Shown in pieces: positions 30,416 through 37,990 of a stretch of DNA of 64,000 bases. The stretch lies in NCBI GenBank assembly GCA_002347615.1, contig DDYH01000022.1:1578-65577 (forward strand), written 5' to 3'. The stretch's first letter is position 1; each line of letters opens with the position of its first letter. Source of the stretch: Gallionellaceae bacterium UBA2239 (GTDB lineage Bacteria > Pseudomonadota > Gammaproteobacteria > Burkholderiales > UBA9220). Under the pieces are notes generated by a model, which was not told the DNA's origin, searched no databases, and saw nothing but the letters and a program-made list of their open reading frames with translations. The position numbers were made by a program, and so were the translations under genes.

Positions 30416-31174
30416 CTACTCCAGGTGCAGGGTGTTGTAGTACACCAATAGGGCCTGGAGGGTGTCCATGGCATCCTCCGACAGGGCTTCGAGACCCTGG
30501 TGGAAGTCGAGGGAGTCGAGAATGGCCTTGCCCTTCGTGTCGTCGTTCATGGCGACCAGGGTCTGGCGGATTTCCTCCTTCCGTTCCGCCCATTCCGGCG
30601 AAATGCAGAAGCAGTGAAAGGCGATACCGTCACTGCTTTCCGCCACCATGTTGAATTCCTGGCGGGAGGTGTCGGACATGCTGTGCCACGTTTCGTTGAA
30701 CACGAAGGCTAGGTCGGTATCGTGTTTCAGCACCGCATGGGCGGCTTTCATGTGGTTGCCCACCAGCTTGAATTCGCAGTATTCCCGGTGGATGCCCAGG
30801 TTTTCCAGCACGGATAGCCCCAGGGTGTGGACGATCAGTTTGTCCGAGGCGGATGCGACGCGGATCGGGCGTCCTTCCGGAAGGCCTTCTCCCTGGCGGG
30901 AAATCAGCAGCGTCTCGTCGTAAAGTCCCGCAACTTTGGCGATAGGAATGAAGCCCAGTTCCTGGATGAAAGCGCAGGCACTGAACGGATTGGCATAGAC
31001 CAGGTGGTAGCCGCCGGCCAGCACCGCTTCACGCTCGGCGTTGAAGTTGTCCTGGGGCTCGAAATGGATACCGTGGCCAAGCCGGCGCTGAAGGTAGGTG
31101 TTGAAATAGAACCACTCCACCATGTGCTTGGCGGTGTCGTGGGGGCAGACGGATAGTTGGAATTTCGCACTCAT
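30416..31174 (-). CDS. PhnD/phosphonate-type substrate-binding-fold protein without signal peptide
   Basis: 252 aa. Starts directly with the first beta-strand (MSAKFQLSVCPHDTAKH..WFYFNTYLQRRLG). Type-2 periplasmic-binding-fold pattern with no leader or lipobox. Confidence 0.6.
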   Translation of the reverse strand: MSAKFQLSVCPHDTAKHMVEWFYFNTYLQRRLGHGIHFEPQDNFNAEREAVLAGGYHLVYANPFSACAFIQELGFIPIAKVAGLYDETLLISRQGEGLPEGRPIRVASASDKLIVHTLGLSVLENLGIHREYCEFKLVGNHMKAAHAVLKHDTDLAFVFNETWHSMSDTSRQEFNMVAESSDGIAFHCFCISPEWAERKEEIRQTLVAMNDDTKGKAILDSLDFHQGLEALSEDAMDTLQALLVYYNTLHLE

Positions 31175-31290
31175 GAGTCCTCCTTGCCGCGCTCACCGGA
31201 AAACGGCAGGGTGCCGCCGGCATTGCGGGAACCTGTCCCGGAGCGGCATGGATGGTTGTTCTTCATCGGCGGGAGCGAGCGTGTTCCCGG

Positions 31291-31653
31291 CTACAGTATC
31301 TCGGAAATGCTCTTTGCCGCCCGTTTGGCGTCCAGGAAAATCAGGCCCAGCTTGGCTTCCTTGCGTGCGATGACGGTCAGCACGGCGTCCTTGCCTGCAT
31401 GGCTCATGAGGATGTAGCCGTTTTCCCCCTTTACCATCACTTGTTCCAGTTCCCCCCGCGTCAATTCCCGGGCGGTGCGTTCACCCAGGGAGAGCATGGC
31501 GGCGGCCATGGCGCCGACGCGGTCTTCGTCCACGTCCTGGGGTAGCAGGGCCGCCATGGTCAAGCCGTCCGCCGAGATGATGGCCGATGCCTCGATGTCG
31601 GCGGAGGCGCCGTTGAGGTCGCTGAGGATGGATTTGAGCATTTGTTCACGCAT
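31291..31653 (-). CDS. Roadblock/LC7 (MglB/CvnB-like) domain protein
   Basis: 120 aa. LSDLNGASADIEASAIISADGLTMAALLPQDVDEDRVGAMAAAMLSLGERTAREL..GELEQVMVKGENGYILMSHAGKDAVLTVIA is the canonical Roadblock pattern. Confidence 0.75.
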   Translation of the reverse strand: MREQMLKSILSDLNGASADIEASAIISADGLTMAALLPQDVDEDRVGAMAAAMLSLGERTARELTRGELEQVMVKGENGYILMSHAGKDAVLTVIARKEAKLGLIFLDAKRAAKSISEIL

Positions 31654-31721
31654 CTTGTTCTCCCTAATGAGGATATGCCGATTTTACTTGGTTGCCGAAA
31701 GTACGCAATTTGCGCCTGGGC

Positions 31722-32357
31722 CTAACTGTAGCGGCGGCTCAGGGACTCGACCAGTGTCACGAATTCCACTCCCTGGAGTTGGGGGTTCCCTCCCACGATG
31801 AGCACGAAGGACTGGCGTCCCACATGCAAGGGGAAGAATCCCAGTTCGGAATGCCCGGCCGGATTGCTGATCGCCCAGGCGCTGTTGCTGATGTTGAGAT
31901 TGTTCTTGAGCAGCAGGGCATGGCGTTGGCTCAGGCTGAGCATGTCTCCCGCCAGTGCCGCGATCTCTTCCGCCGACTCGTGCCGGAAGCCGGAACAGGC
32001 GAGGTAGAAGCCGTTGTCGTCGGCGAGCAGGGCGCGGCCGCTGTCCGAGAGACGCCCCAGCAAATCGGGCAGCATGGTTTCCAGGTTGCCCTCGGGCTGT
32101 GGTCGGGGGGTTTCGGTGCCCTGCACGAATTCAAGGCGCTGAAGGCGATAGAGCAGTTGGAGCCCTTGTTCCACGGTTTCCGCCTCGGCCAGGGCGAGAA
32201 GCCGTTCCTCCGTGAGGGGGGCGAGGCTGCCCTCCCTGAGAATGCGGACCAGCATCCGCCGGGCGCTGTCCGGGGTGGGGCTGGATACGGCGTAATATGC
32301 CCCCGCCGGGGTGACTTCGGCGTAGAGGGCGGGATTGAGAGAGAGTTTTTCTGACAT
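31722..32357 (-). CDS. Hypothetical protein with a C-terminal divergent Roadblock-like domain
   Basis: 211 aa. The C-terminal ~110 aa (LLGRLSDSGRALLADDNGFYLACSGFRHESAEEIAALAGDMLSLSQRH...FFPLHVGRQSFVLIVGG) follow the Roadblock alpha-beta pattern. The N-terminal ~90 aa are unassigned. Confidence 0.5.
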   Translation of the reverse strand: MSEKLSLNPALYAEVTPAGAYYAVSSPTPDSARRMLVRILREGSLAPLTEERLLALAEAETVEQGLQLLYRLQRLEFVQGTETPRPQPEGNLETMLPDLLGRLSDSGRALLADDNGFYLACSGFRHESAEEIAALAGDMLSLSQRHALLLKNNLNISNSAWAISNPAGHSELGFFPLHVGRQSFVLIVGGNPQLQGVEFVTLVESLSRRYS

Positions 32358-32363
32358 GTCGGA

Positions 32364-32906
32364 TCAGCCTTGCAATCCCGGGTCGATGGAGAACAGCAGG
32401 GCCATCACCAGGTTTTTCACGTCGTCCCGGTTGCGTCCGTCGATCTCGAAGATGGGCGGACGCATGCCGACCTTTTCCAGTATTTCGGCGTAAGCGTCGG
32501 TGCTGGGAGCGGCTTTGATGTCGGTCTTGGTGACCCCGATCACCACCGGTGCATGCTTGAGGAAATCCTGGAACGCCTGCATGAAGAACTGCATGTCCTT
32601 CACCGGATTGGGGCGGCTGTTGTCCAGCAGCAGAATCAGGCCGATGCCGCCGGTGGATAGGATTTCCCACATGAAATCGAAGCGCTCCTGGCCCGGGGTT
32701 CCGTAGAGGTGCACCTTGGTCCGCTCGTCCAGATTCAATACGCCATAGTCCAGTGCCACCGTGGTGTAGCCCTTGCGGTTGAGGGTCATGTCGGAGGCGG
32801 CGGCATCCGTGGTGATCGGGGGAATGTCGCTGATGGCGCCGATGGCGGTGGTTTTCCCCGCGCCCACCGGCCCGGTGAAGATGATCTTGTTATCGTATTT
32901 TTTCAC
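32364..32906 (-). CDS. Small Ras-like GTPase, CvnD/MglA-like (COG2229 type)
   Basis: G1 GPVGAGKTT; G2 threonines in YTTVALDYG; G3 YGTPGQERF (Asp replaced, as in MglA/CvnD); G4 TKTD. 180 aa. GTG start with a GGAGAG RBS. Confidence 0.8.
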   Translation of the reverse strand: MKKYDNKIIFTGPVGAGKTTAIGAISDIPPITTDAAASDMTLNRKGYTTVALDYGVLNLDERTKVHLYGTPGQERFDFMWEILSTGGIGLILLLDNSRPNPVKDMQFFMQAFQDFLKHAPVVIGVTKTDIKAAPSTDAYAEILEKVGMRPPIFEIDGRNRDDVKNLVMALLFSIDPGLQG

Positions 32907-32921
32907 GCATCTCTCTCCTCG

Positions 32922-34022
32922 TTAGAGTCCGACTACCTTGCGCAACAGGCGCGACAGCAAATTGCCGCGGCCTTTGTCCGTTGGCGGGCCGGGGAGTTCC
33001 TCGGCAAGTGGGGGAGCGGCTGCCGCTCCCTCGGGGATGTCCAGGATGCCGATGCTGTGGCTGGCCGCCAGAAAGTCGAAAATGTGCACGGGGGGGATGT
33101 TCAACATCCGCACCGTCAGGCGTAGGGTGACCGGTGAGCGCACCCAGAATGCGGCAATGCGCATGGCTTCGGGAACCGGGGCCAGGCGGGTGAGGTTGGG
33201 CCAGTGGCGCAGGCGTATGGGAGTGTGGGCATGGATGCCATCCATCAGCCGGCCGCGGCTGGTCCACAGGGCGACTTGCCACAACAGGGAGGCGAAGCTG
33301 TGAGGCTCGCTCTGCCCCGGGCGATCCGCTGCGGTCAGGGGGCGGGAGGAAACCGGGGTCTGGGCGTCGCAGCTTTGACGGACGACGGCCATGTCCCGGA
33401 GCAACAGTGCCCGCTCCTGGTTGGGGAGGATGATGAGGGTTGCTTGGCCACCGATGCTGATGACGCTCGGCACCCGGTTGCGCCGGATGTCCAACAACGC
33501 ACCCAGCAGGCCCTGTTGGGGATTGAACCGCTCGATTGTCTCTGGGAGCTGGTGGGCCGGGCGCAGAGGGGGGGGCTCCTTTTTCGTGGAGGGCTCGGGC
33601 GGGGAAGCTGGAGCCTCCGTTTGGGGGGAGGGCGGTTTTTCGTCCGGTGGCTGGGGGGGTGCGGAGGGCCTCGGGGCGGCGGCTTGGCCGGCCAGGACCT
33701 GGCGTAGCAGCGGGAACAGGGTTTCCACCCGGATCGGTTTTGCCAGAACCGGCGCGGGAGCATCGTTCGTGGGTGAGACGGTGGTGACCACGGCGGGAAG
33801 GGTCGGATGGTCGGCACGGAACCGTTGCCACAGGGAGGCGGCGTCCACCGTGTCCATGTCCACGATGGCGATGTCGGGGACGGTGCCGGGCACGTCCTCG
33901 ACCAGTTGGTAGCGCTGAATGCTGTGCATCCTGAACGCCATGCGAAAGACCGCCAGCTTGCGGGCGTCCATTCCCGCTGCCAGCACGGTGATGACGTTTC
34001 TTGGTATGGTTGGGTCGTCCAT
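32922..34022 (-). CDS. Pseudo-receiver / Pro-rich linker / C-terminal wHTH-like scaffold protein
   Basis: The N-terminal ~120 aa are CheY-like (DIAIVDMD, LAKPI) but lack the N-terminal acidic pair. A ~50 aa Pro-rich linker follows. The C-terminal part contains a DUF742/PATAN-like segment PVTLRLTVRMLNIPPVHIFDFLAASHSIGIL. Confidence 0.5.
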   Translation of the reverse strand: MDDPTIPRNVITVLAAGMDARKLAVFRMAFRMHSIQRYQLVEDVPGTVPDIAIVDMDTVDAASLWQRFRADHPTLPAVVTTVSPTNDAPAPVLAKPIRVETLFPLLRQVLAGQAAAPRPSAPPQPPDEKPPSPQTEAPASPPEPSTKKEPPPLRPAHQLPETIERFNPQQGLLGALLDIRRNRVPSVISIGGQATLIILPNQERALLLRDMAVVRQSCDAQTPVSSRPLTAADRPGQSEPHSFASLLWQVALWTSRGRLMDGIHAHTPIRLRHWPNLTRLAPVPEAMRIAAFWVRSPVTLRLTVRMLNIPPVHIFDFLAASHSIGILDIPEGAAAAPPLAEELPGPPTDKGRGNLLSRLLRKVVGL

Positions 34023-34032
34023 CCTCGTTCCC

Positions 34033-35481
34033 TTAGGTGACGGTTTGCTGCTGTCGTTGCTTGAGGCGTTGGTAGAGCCCGCTCATCATCGGCACCACCT
34101 CTTCGGGGGGGCGCTGGACGATGCGCTTGATCTTGCCGGCCAGAGCGGTGAACCGGGCTAAATCGTCCATGCGCTCGTAAAGATCGAGCAGCGGTGGATA
34201 GAGGTGGGCCGACATGGGGTCGGCCAGTACGGCTTTCTCCAGTGTGGCGAGCGCTTCCTCTATCTGGCCGAACTCCAGGTAGGCCTCCGCATCCCGCAAG
34301 GCGTCGTGCTTGGGTTCTCCGCTGCGTATGCCAGCCGCCCCCTGGCTGACCGCCACCAGGAGGAAAGGACGGCGCGGGGTAGGCGGGTCGGTGACATAGC
34401 CGAATTGGCGGCCGATGGACTCCGTTTGCCAGCGTTCCTGAGCCTGGGCCAGGGCTTCAAATACCGTATGGTGCCCCAAGACGAAACCCATTCCCAGCAG
34501 GCGGTCCCGCAAGGCACGGCCGTAATCGCCGAGGACGGCGAAAAGCTGCCACAGGGTGCGGGCGTATTCCTCGATTTCCCGCCGCAGGAAGAAAACCTTC
34601 AGCAGTGCGGTGAAATGGGCCAGTCCTGCCGGTTGCGCGACAATGGCGCGCCGCAGGGCCGGAACGGCTTCTTCCAGGTTGTTGGCGGCCAGGTGCAGGC
34701 GTGCTTCCATGGCCGGGGCGGCGAAGGCGCGCAGCACCGCTTTTTCTTCCGGAGTGAGCGGTGCGATCGGCTCATCGCCCTCCACCAGGCGACGGGAAGG
34801 GACTGCGGAGTTTGCCGGTTGCGGCGTTTCCTGTCGCGGTGGCGGCGCGGAGGGTTCCGCAAACGTCTCCGGTTCGGCCAGTTCCGGAATGGGGGGCGGC
34901 TCGGCGGGGACGAACATCTGGGAGACCCGTTCCGGTCCCAGCCCCAAATAGGTTTCCGCGACCACCCGCAGTTGCAGGTTGTCCCGGTCCGCAGCCAAGC
35001 CGGCCAGGGCCGTGCAGCGCAGGTAATCCTGGTCTTCGCCCAGTGCGCCCAGGCGCTCCAATATCTCGGCGAAGTCGTCGATCCGGTTCAACTGCAAGTA
35101 GATGTCCAGCAGCTTGCGCATCGCCTGCCGGTCGGCATTCCCGGTTTCATTCAAGTACCAGCGCAGGGACTCCGCCGCCTGCTCGAAGTAGCCGAACTCC
35201 AGGTAGATGTTCGCTTCCGACAGGGGGTCCACTTCGCGGACCTCGATGGAGCCTTCGCTGGGGACGGTCGGGAAGTCCTCGGCAGGCTCGGGGGCGGGCG
35301 GGGGGGCGAAGGTTCTGGTTGCCGTCGGCGGGGAGGCGGGAGGCAAAGCGGCATGTTGCGGGCGGGCGGGTTTCCGCGTCGCCCGGCGCAATACTGCCAG
35401 GGCAATCAGGGCGAAGGCTGCAACCCCGAGCAGTACCGGATGGTCGCTGGCGGATTGCAGGAGGTCGGGGGCGACGGCCAT
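34033..35481 (-). CDS. Single-pass membrane protein with FimV-C-terminal-like TPR motifs
   Basis: One TM segment (VLLGVAAFALIALAVL) and Pro-rich spacers. Two FimV-type motifs: DPLSEANIYLEFGYFEQAAESLRWYLNE and DALRDAEAYLEFGQIEEALATLEKAVLADP. Confidence 0.55.
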   Translation of the reverse strand: MAVAPDLLQSASDHPVLLGVAAFALIALAVLRRATRKPARPQHAALPPASPPTATRTFAPPPAPEPAEDFPTVPSEGSIEVREVDPLSEANIYLEFGYFEQAAESLRWYLNETGNADRQAMRKLLDIYLQLNRIDDFAEILERLGALGEDQDYLRCTALAGLAADRDNLQLRVVAETYLGLGPERVSQMFVPAEPPPIPELAEPETFAEPSAPPPRQETPQPANSAVPSRRLVEGDEPIAPLTPEEKAVLRAFAAPAMEARLHLAANNLEEAVPALRRAIVAQPAGLAHFTALLKVFFLRREIEEYARTLWQLFAVLGDYGRALRDRLLGMGFVLGHHTVFEALAQAQERWQTESIGRQFGYVTDPPTPRRPFLLVAVSQGAAGIRSGEPKHDALRDAEAYLEFGQIEEALATLEKAVLADPMSAHLYPPLLDLYERMDDLARFTALAGKIKRIVQRPPEEVVPMMSGLYQRLKQRQQQTVT

Positions 35482-35497
35482 GGGATGGGCGAGGGAA

Positions 35498-36265
35498 TCA
35501 GGGTATCCGGAAATCGGCTTCGCTCAGCAGGTCGGTGCCGCATTCCAGGGTTTCGAACCAGTCGAGGAAGCGGTTTATTATCGCCTTGCCCTTGAAAGAG
35601 CCGCCATGCTGGGGGACGATCCATTCCACGTCGAGCTGGCGGATCATGTTTACCCAAAGCCGGCATGCCTTGTTGTTGCACATGTAGCGGCGATGGAAGC
35701 CATCCATGTGGCTTTCCACCAGATGGCCGTCGAAATCCTCCACCGGCAACCCGGCCGAGTGGCCATCCATGACCGAGGCGCCAACGTCGCCGGAAAACAG
35801 GATTTTGCTCAAGGGGTCGTAAACCTGGAAATTGCCCACGGTATGGAGGAAATGGGCAGGAATCAGCTTGAGTCGGCTGTTGCCCAGTTCCAGGTCCATC
35901 CCCTTGGGGGGGATGGCGATCATCCGGCCCTCGGTGACCCCCTTGATGCAGAAATGGGGGATGAAACGCACCCATTCCTGGGCGATGACGATCTTGGCAT
36001 CGGTGATCAGCAGCCAGCCGTTGGCGGAAGCGACGATGTCGGGGTCCTGATGGGAGGCGAACACGTAGCGGGTGCGGGAGGGGAGGAAATAATTGGCCAT
36101 TTCCGCCAGTAGGTGCTTGTAGGTCAGATTGCCGCCCGGGTCGAGCAGCATGCCCTCGCCGCCATCGGTGATGAGGAACTGGTTGGCCTGGATGCCTTCT
36201 CCCTGGACCAACTCGGTGAAGGCGACGCATTTGTGGTCGCCGTTGTTGAACAGTTCTATCGGCAT
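35498..36265 (-). CDS. Metallo-beta-lactamase-fold protein, di-metal (FprA/ODP-like) type
   Basis: Start MPIELFNNGDHKCVAF. Motifs ANQFLITDGGEGMLLDPGG, ASHQDPD (variant of HxHxDH), PAHFLHTVG, LFSGD, VPQHG. Confidence 0.6.
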   Translation of the reverse strand: MPIELFNNGDHKCVAFTELVQGEGIQANQFLITDGGEGMLLDPGGNLTYKHLLAEMANYFLPSRTRYVFASHQDPDIVASANGWLLITDAKIVIAQEWVRFIPHFCIKGVTEGRMIAIPPKGMDLELGNSRLKLIPAHFLHTVGNFQVYDPLSKILFSGDVGASVMDGHSAGLPVEDFDGHLVESHMDGFHRRYMCNNKACRLWVNMIRQLDVEWIVPQHGGSFKGKAIINRFLDWFETLECGTDLLSEADFRIP

Positions 36266-36329
36266 GTCTTCTTCCTCGTTTCGATCTTCGACAGCTCTTG
36301 TCGGCTGGGATTGAATGCGGACTGGGGTT

Positions 36330-36692
36330 TTACATGGTATGTGTCTGTCGCACGGATTTGAGTGCATTTCCCAAATGCAACTCGATCTTGTTTTTCAGGT
36401 TGCGGGCCGCATCGCTGCGCCCGAACTGGACGCCGATTCCCGGGGGACGGTTTCCCTGGCTTTGGGGCGGCGTGATCCAGGCCACGCGGCCGTTGATGGG
36501 GGTCTTTTCCCCGCTGTCCATCAGGGTGAGCAGCATGACCACCTCCTCGCCAAGCTTGTAGGGGGCCGAAGTGGGAACGAAGATGCCGCCGTTGCTGAGA
36601 AAGGGCATGTAGGCGGCGTACAGGGCGGCCTTGTCGCGAATGGTGAGTGCCAGGATGTGGCGGTGGGCGGCGTGGGGTTTTTCGCGGCTCAC
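36330..36692 (-). CDS. pilZ: Type IV pilus assembly protein PilZ
   Basis: Strong match to my recollection of canonical PilZ: LTIRDKAALYAAYMPFLSNGGIFVPT..YKLGEEVVMLLTLMD..EK.P..G.V.WITP....GNR..GIGVQF ... QTHTM C-terminus. Confidence 0.85.
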   Translation of the reverse strand: MSREKPHAAHRHILALTIRDKAALYAAYMPFLSNGGIFVPTSAPYKLGEEVVMLLTLMDSGEKTPINGRVAWITPPQSQGNRPPGIGVQFGRSDAARNLKNKIELHLGNALKSVRQTHTM

Positions 36693-37026
36693 AGTTTCTT
36701 CCTCCTGCCGGCTTGCGCATTCGGGACCCTGTTAGGCACGGCGGAGGAAGAAAGGTACGGAAAGAACGGCTGTCGGCGTATTTCGGCAAGGGGGCGAAAC
36801 AGGATCAGGGAAGCGTTCTTCATCATCAACTCAACGGTTACGTTCGGATTGTCAAACATACGCCCGAAAAAATCTCGTTGCGTCGTCCGGCAATTCCTCG
36901 ATCGTGAAGCCGCCGCTTGTTAGACCGGAACTTTGCGTCTCCGCCTTTCGCACGGAGTAGCCTTTTGCAGATCGACCGAAATTCTGTCACTGCTCTATGA
37001 CATTGTCAATTAGCTTTTGCTTAAAT

Positions 37027-37368
37027 TTACCGCTGCCCGGTTTCGTCCCAAGGTGACGAATTGGAAATCATGTGGGGCAGCAGCGCATGGAGGAAAACCA
37101 GTTCCGCCATCACCTCGCGCCGAAAGCCCTGCCGGTTGCCGCGCCAGTCGATCACCAGGGACTTGAGGAAATTGAGGCACTCGGGATAGCCCCATAGTAA
37201 AACCAGTTTTTGTACGATATGGGGGTGATGGCGTTCCAGCCAGGATTCGGGATAAGGCTCGTCCTTCGGTGCTTGCGCTTCCACTACGTGGGGTGGAATC
37301 GGATCGGCCCGTTGTTTGGCCGCTTCCAGTGCATGGTCATCAAACAAGGTAGGAAAACCGCCGCTCAT
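37027..37368 (-). CDS. Hypothetical small protein
   Basis: MSGGFPTLFDDHALEAAKQRADPIPP...HPHIVQKLVLLWGYPECLNFLKSLVIDWRGNRQGFRREVMAELVFLHALL. No family recognised. The start is uncertain (the track gives 37431). Confidence 0.4.
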   Translation of the reverse strand: MSGGFPTLFDDHALEAAKQRADPIPPHVVEAQAPKDEPYPESWLERHHPHIVQKLVLLWGYPECLNFLKSLVIDWRGNRQGFRREVMAELVFLHALLPHMISNSSPWDETGQR

Positions 37369-37496
37369 CTTTGAACCCTCCGCTGAATCCAAAAACAGCA
37401 CCAGTATCAGTGGTATTTCTGGGGCTGTCAATATAAGGGCTTGCTGATGAAATGGCCCCTAAGGCCCTGTTTGTAAAGGGTGCGGGTTGGCGGGGC

Positions 37497-37525
37497 TTGA
37501 CAAAAAACCGTCAAAAGCCCAGAAT
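37497..37525 (+). promoter_or_regulatory. Candidate sigma70 promoter for tRNA-Met
   Basis: TTGACA (37497-37502), a 17-nt spacer, then CAGAAT (37520-37525), about 17 nt upstream of the tRNA. Confidence 0.5.
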
Positions 37526-37542
37526 CGCAACCCTTCTAAAGC

Positions 37543-37619
37543 GGTGATATAGCTCAGTTGGTTAGAGCACAGCACTCATAATGCTGGGGTCGGTGGTTCA
37601 AGTCCACCTATCACCACCA
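37543..37619 (+). tRNA. tRNA-Met (anticodon CAU, elongator-like), CCA encoded
   Basis: Acceptor ggtgata/tatcacc; D-arm gctcagttggttagagc; anticodon stem cagca/tgctg with loop ctCATaa; T-arm ggtggttcaagtccacc. Confidence 0.9.
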
Positions 37620-37668
37620 GATTCCTTCCCGGCGCGGACGGTGCCGCGCGGGGACTTCCCGGTCATCT

Positions 37669-37989
37669 ATGCGCCTTCTTCGTCTCCTTCCGCTGCTTCT
37701 CGCTCTGGCTCTGCCCTTGTCGGCGACGGCCGGACGGATTTTTCCGCAGAATTTGAAGTTCGGCGAGATGAAGGGCGTCGCCTACCCGGCGGTGCAGATC
37801 GGCGACACCGTCTACCATTCCGCCCCTGGCCTGCGCATCTACGACCGCTCCAACCGCATGATCCTCCCCGTGGCCCTGCCCCAAAGTGCTGTGGTGCTGT
37901 TCCAGCTGGACATCCAGGGCAACCTGTCCCAACTATGGCTCCTGACCCCGGAAGAGGAAGCATCCGTCCGGCAGGCCGTGGGTCGCTGA
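37669..37989 (+). CDS. Hypothetical secreted protein
   Basis: Signal peptide [21 protein letters not shown]. 106 aa. Confidence 0.5.
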   Translation: MRLLRLLPLLLALALPLSATAGRIFPQNLKFGEMKGVAYPAVQIGDTVYHSAPGLRIYDRSNRMILPVALPQSAVVLFQLDIQGNLSQLWLLTPEEEASVRQAVGR

Positions 37990-37990
37990 A

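Noticed and set aside
37543-37619. tRNA-Met as the attachment site of the integrase element.
   Set aside because: The tRNA is about 7 kb beyond the repeat-marked right end of the element. Its 3' end points toward core genes (miaB and onward). No duplicated tRNA 3' fragment was seen near the integrase.
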